From positions 60,001 through 92,000 of the forward strand of contig CAKUIA010000009.1 of assembly GCA_934660865.1 (NCBI GenBank): a DNA stretch of 32,000 nt, written 5' to 3'. This stretch comes from an uncultured Opitutales bacterium (GTDB lineage: Bacteria; Verrucomicrobiota; Verrucomicrobiia; Opitutales; Intestinicryptomonadaceae). The notes beneath the pieces are model-generated. The model was given only the letters and a program-made list of their open reading frames with translations, ran no database searches and was not told the DNA's origin. The translations under genes and the position numbers were made by a program. Below are positions 12,472-19,899 of the stretch, piece after piece; the stretch's first letter is position 1, and each line of letters starts with the position of its first letter.

Positions 12472-13689
12472 TTATTGCGGTTTGTTAAGCGATTTTTCCT
12501 TCATTGCCTTTATTGTTCTAACTTTCGGCAAAAAGTAGGCTACAATGCCCAGTAGCGGCAAAAATGCGCATATGGAATATACAAATTCTATGCCGTATAC
12601 GTCGGCAATTTTGCCGAGTGTTGCCGAGGCAATGCCCGCCATGCCGAACGAAAAGCCGAAAAATATTCCCGAAATAAGCCCGACTTTGTGCGGCATTAGC
12701 TCTTGTGCGTAAACCAATATTGCCGAAAATGCCGACGACATTATAAAGCCTATTATTGCGCTTAAAACTATGGTGCACTCGAAATTTGCATAGGGCATTA
12801 AAAGCGCAAAAGGCGCCGATCCCAAAATGGACCACCATATTACCAAGCGGCGCCCGTATTTGTCGCCCAAAGGCCCGCCGATAAGTGTGCCCAAAGCCGC
12901 CGAAAACAAAAACACAAAAAGAAGGGCTTGCGCCGTTTGCACGCTGGCCGAAAACTTGTGCATTAAGTAAAAAGTGTAGTAGCTTGAAATGCTTGAGGTG
13001 TAGAAATTTTTTGAAAACACCAAAAACATTAAAAGCGAGATTATGAAAATTACCGTGCGTTTTGGCAGTGTTGCCTGCGGTGTTTGCCGCGCGTTTGTTG
13101 CGGCGTTTTGCATGTTTTGCCTTATGCGGCGGTAATACCACCTGCAGGCGGGCAGCATTGCAAACAAAGCTACTATGCCCAACAGCGCAAACTTTATCAT
13201 TCCCGACTGCGTTCTTAAAAACATTGCAGCCAAAAGCGGGCCAAGCGCATAGCCGGTAGAGCCGCCCACTTGGAATATGGATTGGGCCAAGCCCCTTTTG
13301 CCGCCCGAGGCAAACGAGGTTATTTTAGAGGCTTCGGGGTGTATTACCGACGAGCCTATGCCCGAAAAGAAAACCGACGCCATTAAACAGTATATATTGG
13401 GCGAAAGCGATATGCCCGCAATGCCGAGCATTGTGCTGCACATGCCCAAAGGCAAAAACAGCGCGCTCGGTTTTTTGTCCATAATGTAGCCGAAAATAGG
13501 CTGCATTATAGACGACGAAATTTGGTATGTAAAAATAACCATGCCAACCTGTGCATAGCTTAGCGCCATTTCGCTTTTTATTACGGGGTACATTGCCGAA
13601 ATTACCGACTGTATGGAGTCGTTAAACCCGTGCGCCATCGAAAGCGATACGAGAATTGAAAACATAAATGCGCTATTTTTCTTTTGCAT
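12472..13689 (-). CDS. MFS transporter, Fsr (fosmidomycin-resistance)-like
   Basis: 405 aa with about 12 hydrophobic segments. The N-terminal pattern ...SLSMAHGFNDSIQSVISAMYPVIKSEMALSYAQVG... is typical of the Fsr-type MFS subfamily. Confidence 0.8.
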   Translation of the reverse strand: MQKKNSAFMFSILVSLSMAHGFNDSIQSVISAMYPVIKSEMALSYAQVGMVIFTYQISSSIMQPIFGYIMDKKPSALFLPLGMCSTMLGIAGISLSPNIYCLMASVFFSGIGSSVIHPEASKITSFASGGKRGLAQSIFQVGGSTGYALGPLLAAMFLRTQSGMIKFALLGIVALFAMLPACRWYYRRIRQNMQNAATNARQTPQATLPKRTVIFIISLLMFLVFSKNFYTSSISSYYTFYLMHKFSASVQTAQALLFVFLFSAALGTLIGGPLGDKYGRRLVIWWSILGSAPFALLMPYANFECTIVLSAIIGFIMSSAFSAILVYAQELMPHKVGLISGIFFGFSFGMAGIASATLGKIADVYGIEFVYSICAFLPLLGIVAYFLPKVRTIKAMKEKSLNKPQ

Positions 13690-13855
13690 ATTCTATACGC
13701 GGTTTAACCGTATTTTTTTATAAATCAAGCATTTTTATTTTTATGCAACATTCGGCTTATATAATGCGCAAAAGATATGTTTTTTTGTGAATATAAAAAT
13801 CTTAAAATTTTCTTGAATCGATATACTGCAACTGTTAGACGTTTTACTTAAACTT

Positions 13856-15088
13856 ATGAAAACCTTATTTAAAGCGTCAATAGCACTAATACTAACTTCG
13901 TTTTTCGGCATTTTGAATGCCGAAACAATGAAAAGCATTCAAGATTACGGGGTGTTGCCCACCAACAGTCCCGAAGTTAACCGCGACAACCTGCAAAAGG
14001 CCATAGACGAAGCCACCGACAACGGCGGAATTTTGTTTGTGCCGCCCGTAGCAAGGGGCTACCCGATAGCCAGCGGCGTAATTTTAAAGCGCAATGTTTC
14101 GCTTGTAGGCGCAAACGGGCCTTTGGGCAGGGGTTCTACTGTAGAATTTAAAACGCACCCTAAATTTGAGCCTGCAGGTTCCACATTCAGAATAATGGAC
14201 GCCGAAAAACCCTTTATCACGGTTTCGCACGCAACCAAAATAAAGGGCATACAGTTCTATTATCCGAAACAGGGGCGCACTCCCGAAACGATAATAAAAT
14301 ACCCGCCCACGATTCAGCAGGACACCTATGCCAATTCGGTAACTTTGCAAGAGCTTACCTTTTGGGGCGAATATATTGCAATGAATTTTGCCGACACAAA
14401 GGGCACTTGCGAGCAGATTTTGATAGAGCACTGCTACGGCTACCCCTATAGCGGCGAGTTTATAAGAATAGACCACTGCGCCGACATAAACAGAATTTTG
14501 CACTGCCACATAAACCCCGACAATATGAGGGGCTTTAGGGGCACTATGCCAAAGTCGGTAATAGACCATATTGTAGCGCAGAAAAAGTACGCAATATGGG
14601 TGGGCCGCGGCGACAACATTGTTATAATGGACTTGCACGTTTTCGGTCTATACGGGGCTTGCTACTTTAGCACGGCAAGCTACGGGCAGCTTACAAGCTT
14701 TTCGTTCGACTGCGTAGTTAACGGTATCTATAAAAAAGGCGGCGGGCAAAAGCACCACCAGTGGATGATTTCGCAAGGCTCCATAATTGCGAATGCGGGA
14801 ACAAATATAGACGAAGTTTGGCCTATTGTTATAGAGGGGCAAGGGCACACTTCCATTGCCAATGTAGAGGCCTTTTCGGGCGGAAACGGAGCAATTACAA
14901 ATGTTGGCGCCTCCAAAGGATTTTTGCTTGTAAAGGGCAACGACCCCCTAACTGTTGCCTTAAACGCCTGCCGAATGAACAACTATGTAGACGACGAACC
15001 CATACAGGTGAAAAACAAAAAGGCAAGCCTTAGGGCAAGAGACTGCGTGGGCAAAGATTTGCAGTTTTTCGACTTGGAAATAAAATAG
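13856..15088 (+). CDS. Secreted right-handed beta-helix protein (pectate-lyase-superfamily / GH28-GH55-related), paralog 1
   Basis: 410 aa with a signal peptide (MKTLFKASIALILTSFFGILNA). The mature N-terminus IQDYGVLPTNSPEVNRDNLQKAIDEATDNGGILFVPPVARGYPIASGVILKRNVSLVG resembles the Pectate_lyase_3 opening motif (dyGa...n...lq.Ai....gg.l.vP.G.Y). Confidence 0.6.
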   Translation: MKTLFKASIALILTSFFGILNAETMKSIQDYGVLPTNSPEVNRDNLQKAIDEATDNGGILFVPPVARGYPIASGVILKRNVSLVGANGPLGRGSTVEFKTHPKFEPAGSTFRIMDAEKPFITVSHATKIKGIQFYYPKQGRTPETIIKYPPTIQQDTYANSVTLQELTFWGEYIAMNFADTKGTCEQILIEHCYGYPYSGEFIRIDHCADINRILHCHINPDNMRGFRGTMPKSVIDHIVAQKKYAIWVGRGDNIVIMDLHVFGLYGACYFSTASYGQLTSFSFDCVVNGIYKKGGGQKHHQWMISQGSIIANAGTNIDEVWPIVIEGQGHTSIANVEAFSGGNGAITNVGASKGFLLVKGNDPLTVALNACRMNNYVDDEPIQVKNKKASLRARDCVGKDLQFFDLEIK

Positions 15089-15144
15089 TAAAAACATACA
15101 TTGCTACCCGCATTTTTGCGGAGCGTACATAAAAAAAGAGGAAG

Positions 15145-16386
15145 ATGAAGATGAAAAAATATATAAAAAGCATTGCGCTAATTTCGCTTGCCATATTTGC
15201 CGGCATTTTGAACGCCGAAACAATGAAAAGCATTCAAGACTACGGGGTGTTGCCCACCAACAGCCCCGAAGTTAACCGCGACAACCTGCAAAAGGCTATA
15301 GACGAAGCCTCGAAACGCGGCGGGGCTTTGTTTGTGCCGCCGGTAGGCAGGGGCTACCCAATGGCCAGCGGCATTGTGTTAAAGCACAACGTGTCTTTAA
15401 TTGGCATAAACGGGCCTTTGGGCAGGGGCTCCATTGCAAAGTTCGACGAACACCCAATGTACGACCCCGCAAGCTCGGCATTCAGAATAATGGACGCCGA
15501 CAAACCCTTTATTACAATTCAAAGCTACACCAAAATTAAGGGCATACAATTCTATTATCCCAAACAGGGGTGGACACCCGATAAGGTAATAAAGTATCCG
15601 CCCACAATTCAGCAGGACACTTTTGCCCTTTCGGTAACCTTGCAGGAATTGTCATTTTGGGGCGAATATATTGCAATGAATTTTGCCGACACAAAGGGCA
15701 CTTGCGAGCAGGTGCTTATAGAGCATTGCTACGGCTATCCCCTAAGCGGCGAGTTTATACGCATAGACAACTGTTCCGACATAAACCGCATTTTGCACTG
15801 CCATATAAACCCCGGTACAATGAGGGCTTTTAGAGGCGACTATATGCGAAAAGGCATGGTAGACTATGTTGTAAACCAGAAAAAATACGCCGTTTGGATA
15901 GGCCGCGGCGACAATATCGTTATAATGGATTTGCATGTTTTCGGCGCATACGGGGCATGCTATTTTAGCGAAAGAAGCTACGGGCAGCTTACAAACTTTA
16001 GCTTCGACTGCGTTGTAAACGGCATATACAAAAGCGGACGCGACCAAAAGCAGCACCAGTGGCTAATTTCGCAAGGCTCTATAATTGCAAACGCGGGCAC
16101 AAATATCGACGAAGTTTGGCCGATTATCATAGAGGGCAAAGGGCACACATCAATTACCAACGTAGAAGCCTTTTCGGGCGGCAACGGTGCCCTTGTAAAC
16201 GTGGGGGCTTCCAAGGGATTTTTGCTTGTAAAGGGCAAAGACCCGTTGACGGTTTCGATGTACGGTTGCAGAATGTATAAATACACCGACAAAGAGCCGA
16301 TTCAGGTTTTAAACCGCAAGGCAAGCCTTAGGGCAAAGGACTGTGTAGGCAAGGATTTGCAGTTTTTCGACTTGGAAATAAACTAA
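15145..16386 (+). CDS. Secreted right-handed beta-helix protein, paralog 2 (tandem duplicate)
   Basis: 413 aa and collinear with paralog 1 over the whole length, about four-fifths identical by eye. The mature N-terminus (ETMKSIQDYGVLPTNSPEVNRDNLQKAIDEA) and C-terminus (CVGKDLQFFDLEI) are identical. An alternative ATG lies at 15151. Confidence 0.6.
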   Translation: MKMKKYIKSIALISLAIFAGILNAETMKSIQDYGVLPTNSPEVNRDNLQKAIDEASKRGGALFVPPVGRGYPMASGIVLKHNVSLIGINGPLGRGSIAKFDEHPMYDPASSAFRIMDADKPFITIQSYTKIKGIQFYYPKQGWTPDKVIKYPPTIQQDTFALSVTLQELSFWGEYIAMNFADTKGTCEQVLIEHCYGYPLSGEFIRIDNCSDINRILHCHINPGTMRAFRGDYMRKGMVDYVVNQKKYAVWIGRGDNIVIMDLHVFGAYGACYFSERSYGQLTNFSFDCVVNGIYKSGRDQKQHQWLISQGSIIANAGTNIDEVWPIIIEGKGHTSITNVEAFSGGNGALVNVGASKGFLLVKGKDPLTVSMYGCRMYKYTDKEPIQVLNRKASLRAKDCVGKDLQFFDLEIN

Positions 16387-16407
16387 AATTTCAATAGTAT
16401 AAAAAAT

Positions 16408-18249
16408 ATGATGAAGAAAATTATAACTATTGCCTGTGCGCTTTTTGCCGTAGCCAACTTTGCTTTGGCCCAATACAGCGCAAAGGGAGACAAAATTAAA
16501 ACCGCCTGGGGTGAAAAATTAACCGTCGAAAATGTGTGGAGCGAATATCCCCGCCCGCAAATGACAAGGGGGCAGATAGACAAAAAAGACGCCGTTTGGC
16601 AAAACCTTAACGGCTTGTGGGATTATTCCATTTGCGCAAAAAACCTGCCAAAGCCCGAAAAGGCCGACGGCAAAATTTTGGTGCCCTTTGCGGTGGAATC
16701 TTCGTTGTCGGGCGTAATGAAGCTGCTAGACGACAAAAGCGCGCTTTGGTATGAAAGGGAGTTTTCCGTTCCCGAAAACTGGAAGCAGGGCAGGGTGCTA
16801 TTGCATTTCGGTGCGGTAGATTGGCAGGCCGAAGTTTTTGTAAATTCGGTAAAAGTGGGCGAACACACTGGCGGCTATGCCCCCTTTAATTTCGACATTA
16901 CCGAGGCTTTAAAAGACGGCAAAAACACGCTAACAGTTAAGGTGCTAGACCCAACCGACAAGGCTTTGCAGCCTCGCGGCAAGCAGGCGTGCGAGCCTAA
17001 ATCTATTTGGTATACCCGCGTAAGCGGCATTTGGCAAACGGTATGGCTAGAAAATGTGCCCACGGTTTTCATAAAAAATTTGAAAATCGTTCCCGATTTC
17101 GACAACAATTCGTTTAAGATTACAACCACGGCAAACGAGTTGGTAAAAGTTAGCGCAACAGTTTACGCCGGCAGGGAAATTGCGGGCAAAGCACAGGGCG
17201 TTTCGGGCGAACAGTTCTCGGTTAAATTGGCAGGCAATGCAAAGGCGTGGTCGCCCGACAATCCGTTTTTATACGATATTAAGGTGGAAATTTCGTCTCT
17301 AAAAGACGGCAAGGTTTTAGACACCGTAAACGGATATTCTGCAATGCGCAAAATTTCCATGGCAGTTTCGAAAGACGGTTGGAAAAGAATTTTGCTAAAC
17401 AATAAGGAGATTTTCCAAATCGGCACGCTAGACCAGGGTTGGTGGCCCGACGGACTGTATACGCCGCCCTCCGACGAAGCTATGAAGTTCGACATAGTAA
17501 AAACAAAAGAGCTTGGTTTTAATATGATAAGGAAACATATTAAGGTTGAACCCGCCCGCTGGTATTGGCATTGCGACAAACTTGGCATGCTTGTTTGGCA
17601 GGATATGCCGAGCCTTGGCAACGGCCCGAAATGGAGCCAAACCGAGTTTGTTAGCGACGAACCCAATTTTATAGACGGCAAATCGCGCGCAAACTACCGC
17701 AAAGAGTGGCGCGAAATTATGGAAAGCCTATATTCATTCCCCTGCATAGTTATGTGGGTGCCCTTTAACGAAGCCTGGGGGCAGTTCGATACAAAGGAAA
17801 TTGCCGAATGGACAAAGTCTATGGACGATTCAAGGCTTGTCAACGCAGCAAGCGGCGGCAACCATGTGCGCTGCGGCGACATTCACGACATTCACCACTA
17901 TCCGCAGCCGGGAACTCACAATATAATAGATTTGGCGCGTGTAAACGTTGTGGGCGAATACGGCGGCATTGGCATGGTAAAAGAAGGGCACTTGTGGATT
18001 AGCGGCAAAAAGAATTGGGGCTATATAACAAAGAACGACGCCGAAACGGTTTCGGACTTGTATGTAGATTATGCCAACCAACTTTTGGGGCTTTCAAGCA
18101 AGGGCATTTGCGCGGGCGTTTACACCCAAACGACCGACGTAGAAGGCGAAGTAAACGGCCTTATTACCTACGACCGCAAAGTAATTAAAGTTAACCCCGA
18201 AAAAGTCCGCAAAGCCAACAAAAAGCTTATAGATTCTTTGGGTAAATAA
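16408..18249 (+). CDS. Glycoside hydrolase family 2 (beta-galactosidase/glucuronidase/mannosidase-type), secreted
   Basis: 613 aa with a signal peptide (MMKKIITIACALFAVANFALA). It has GH2 sugar-binding domain motifs (LNGLWDY, WYEREFSVP, VFVNSVKVGEHTGGYAPFNFDIT) and TIM-barrel motifs (NMIRKH, CIVMWVPFNEAWGQ, the acid/base NE). Confidence 0.85.
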   Translation: MMKKIITIACALFAVANFALAQYSAKGDKIKTAWGEKLTVENVWSEYPRPQMTRGQIDKKDAVWQNLNGLWDYSICAKNLPKPEKADGKILVPFAVESSLSGVMKLLDDKSALWYEREFSVPENWKQGRVLLHFGAVDWQAEVFVNSVKVGEHTGGYAPFNFDITEALKDGKNTLTVKVLDPTDKALQPRGKQACEPKSIWYTRVSGIWQTVWLENVPTVFIKNLKIVPDFDNNSFKITTTANELVKVSATVYAGREIAGKAQGVSGEQFSVKLAGNAKAWSPDNPFLYDIKVEISSLKDGKVLDTVNGYSAMRKISMAVSKDGWKRILLNNKEIFQIGTLDQGWWPDGLYTPPSDEAMKFDIVKTKELGFNMIRKHIKVEPARWYWHCDKLGMLVWQDMPSLGNGPKWSQTEFVSDEPNFIDGKSRANYRKEWREIMESLYSFPCIVMWVPFNEAWGQFDTKEIAEWTKSMDDSRLVNAASGGNHVRCGDIHDIHHYPQPGTHNIIDLARVNVVGEYGGIGMVKEGHLWISGKKNWGYITKNDAETVSDLYVDYANQLLGLSSKGICAGVYTQTTDVEGEVNGLITYDRKVIKVNPEKVRKANKKLIDSLGK

Positions 18250-18270
18250 ATAAAACAACAAAACTTTTAA

Positions 18271-18304
18271 CACCGCCCGCCGCAAAGACAGGCGGTGTTT
18301 TTTT
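18271..18304 (+). terminator. Rho-independent terminator after the GH2 gene
   Basis: The stem is CACCGCC (18271-18277) / GGCGGTG (18291-18297), followed by T7 (18298-18304). Confidence 0.85.
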
Positions 18305-18933
18305 GCGCCAATGCGGCTTTTGCGCACAGTTTCTTGCTGAATGTTTCACAAAAAGTTTTTTCAACCGATAATTTGACAACCCCGCTTCTTGTATGGCTCT
18401 TTTTATAGACGTTGAGAACAAGAAGCTTGTCTATTTAAAGTAGCAAGCGGCGCAACGCGTAGCTTGTTGTGGTATGGCTTTTATTTAACGTTTCTAATAT
18501 ATCCATTGTAAAGATCCTTAAATTGCACATTGGTTATTGTAATAGATTTTTTCTTCTTTTGCTTACTGCACAATCTTTGGCAAAGGGTTCTAAATTTAAA
18601 AAATTGTTCCGCAAGAAAAGGCATTTTTTGAGTGTAAAAAAGCATGTTTTTCCCGCCAAGAAAGTTTTTGCAAAATAAAAAACCGCGCAAAATAGGTATT
18701 GAGTTGGCGCAAATAGCGTTTTACAGAAAAACGGCATTGTTGGCTATGCTATAAAATATATGCAAAAAACAGAATCTTGTTTTGCATTTGGCGGTCTACT
18801 TTCCGCAAAAATGCAGACAAAGGTTTAGCGCAAAAGAATGTTTTTTAGGAAAAAGCAAGAATGTGCAAAAAATTTAAATATTTTATTTGACAATCGAAAC
18901 GATATATGCAGACTTAAGGGCTTTAAATCAAGT

Positions 18934-19010
18934 GGGGTGGTAGTTCAGTTGGTTAGAACGCCTGCCTGTCACGCAGGAGGTCGCGAGTTCGAGTCTCGTC
19001 CATCCCGCCA
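18934..19010 (+). tRNA. tRNA-Asp (anticodon GTC), CCA encoded
   Basis: The 77-nt cloverleaf is readable by eye. The acceptor stem is GGGGTGG / CCATCCC, the D-arm is TAGTTCAGTTGGTTAGAA, the anticodon stem-loop is CCTGC-CTGTCAC-GCAGG, and the T-arm is GCGAGTTCGAGTCTCGT. It ends with discriminator G plus CCA. Confidence 0.95.
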
Positions 19011-19015
19011 CTTTA

Positions 19016-19049
19016 AAAGCCGCAAGTTCAAACACTTGCGGCTTTTTTT
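19016..19049 (+). terminator. Rho-independent terminator after tRNA-Asp
   Basis: The stem is AAAGCCGCAAGT (19016-19027) / ACTTGCGGCTTT (19034-19045), running into a T-tract that ends at 19049. Confidence 0.8.
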
Positions 19050-19173
19050 GTTTCTACATTTCGCGCCAAACCCAGTATCCACGCGGTTTGCGGGGCTGTG
19101 ATGCCGCGCAAAGCCAGTATTTAAGCCACTTGCGGCGGAACGCCCGCCCGCCCAAAAACCGCCAAAATTGGCG

Positions 19174-19210
19174 TTTTGTTGGTGGTTTTTCCAACAATTC
19201 ACCAACAAAA
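19174..19210. other. 11-bp perfect inverted repeat plus CCAACA repeats near the left end of the island
   Basis: TTTTGTTGGTG (19174-19184) pairs with CACCAACAAAA (19200-19210). CCAACA also occurs at 19191, 19202 and 19213. The site lies about 50 bp downstream of the last cassette gene. Confidence 0.5.
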
Positions 19211-19257
19211 ATCCAACAGGATTTTGAGGCGTATTTTAGGCGCGTTTTTTCGCTTTT

Positions 19258-19680
19258 TCAACGTTCGCGGGCGAACATATTTTTGATTCGCGCCCAGAGG
19301 GTGGGGTTAAGCGCGGAGATTCGCTCCAAGTAGATTTCGGCGATTGGCTCTTCAATCTGCGGACATTCGACTTTTACCGCAGCCTCATACGCCGAATAGG
19401 TGTCTTTCGAGAAGGCATTTGCAAGCAAGGCTTGCAATTCTTCGTGCTTTTGGCGCGAAACTTTTACCGTGGGCGTTCCCTTTTTGGGGAACAATGACCT
19501 GTCGAGAAAGTGGTGCTTGTCCGGCGTTGCCAATCCTGCGGCACTTTTGCCGATATAGACTTTTCTCGTTCTAAGCTCGTCTGGAACTTTCGTTCTCTTC
19601 GCCGCCTGTTTTATAAAGGCATCATACGGGTTGTTTGTATCGAACCTGTCCTTGTGCTTGTTGAATGTTGCCAATTTCAT
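19258..19680 (-). CDS. Hypothetical protein (140 aa), gene 4 of the four-gene cassette
   Basis: The ATG at 19680-19678 directly abuts the TAA stop (19683-19681) of the upstream gene. The N-terminal half is basic (KHKDRF...KRTKVPDELRTRK). I recognised no family. Confidence 0.6.
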   Translation of the reverse strand: MKLATFNKHKDRFDTNNPYDAFIKQAAKRTKVPDELRTRKVYIGKSAAGLATPDKHHFLDRSLFPKKGTPTVKVSRQKHEELQALLANAFSKDTYSAYEAAVKVECPQIEEPIAEIYLERISALNPTLWARIKNMFARER

Positions 19681-19899
19681 TTAGTTCCTTTCGTAAGCGA
19701 TTTGCTTTGCCGCCATCAGGCGCGAAACGTGCCGAAACGGCAGCTGAGCGACTCCTTCCATTGCGAAACAAAGTTCGCGGTTTCTGCGGCGGTATGACAT
19801 ATACCTGCCGTCGCGTTTGTATTTTGTGTGGGGGGTATTTTCTTTTTCCATATTTTTTAACATTGCGATAAAATGTGTATCGGTCTCAAAATTTATCAT
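19681..19899 (-). CDS. Hypothetical small basic protein (72 aa), gene 3 of the four-gene cassette
   Basis: The ATG at 19899-19897 overlaps the ATPase TGA stop (19898-19896) as ATGA. An alternative upstream ATG at 19944 would give 87 aa. It has an Arg-rich core (YKRDGRYMSYRRRNRE). Confidence 0.55.
   Translation of the reverse strand: MINFETDTHFIAMLKNMEKENTPHTKYKRDGRYMSYRRRNRELCFAMEGVAQLPFRHVSRLMAAKQIAYERN

Larger units (their letters stand above)
13856..16386 (+). repeat. Tandem gene duplication (two ~1.24 kb units)
   Basis: There are long near-identical DNA blocks, for example 13921-14010 vs 15213-15302 and 15050-15085 vs 16348-16383. The antisense shadow ORFs 13741-13938 and 15030-15233 share the prefix MLFIVSAFKMP. 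Confidence 0.9.

Noticed and set aside
13741-13938. A pair of apparently conserved antisense ORFs (13741-13938 and 15030-15233), both beginning MLFIVSAFKMP.
   Set aside because: The conservation is a by-product of the tandem duplication of the sense-strand N-terminal coding region (AETMKSIQ...). The similarity ends where the sense-strand signal peptides diverge.
18887-18915. TTGACA at 18887-18892, considered as the -35 element of the tRNA-Asp promoter.
   Set aside because: No acceptable -10 hexamer lies at 16-18 bp spacing, since the sequence at 18910-18915 is AGACTT. The lineage's promoter consensus is also unknown, so I do not annotate a promoter.
18838-19101. An 87-aa + strand ORF and a 79-aa minus-strand ORF (18969-19208) overlapping the tRNA.
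   Set aside because: They read straight through the tRNA-Asp gene and its terminator. The tRNA cloverleaf explains the sequence.
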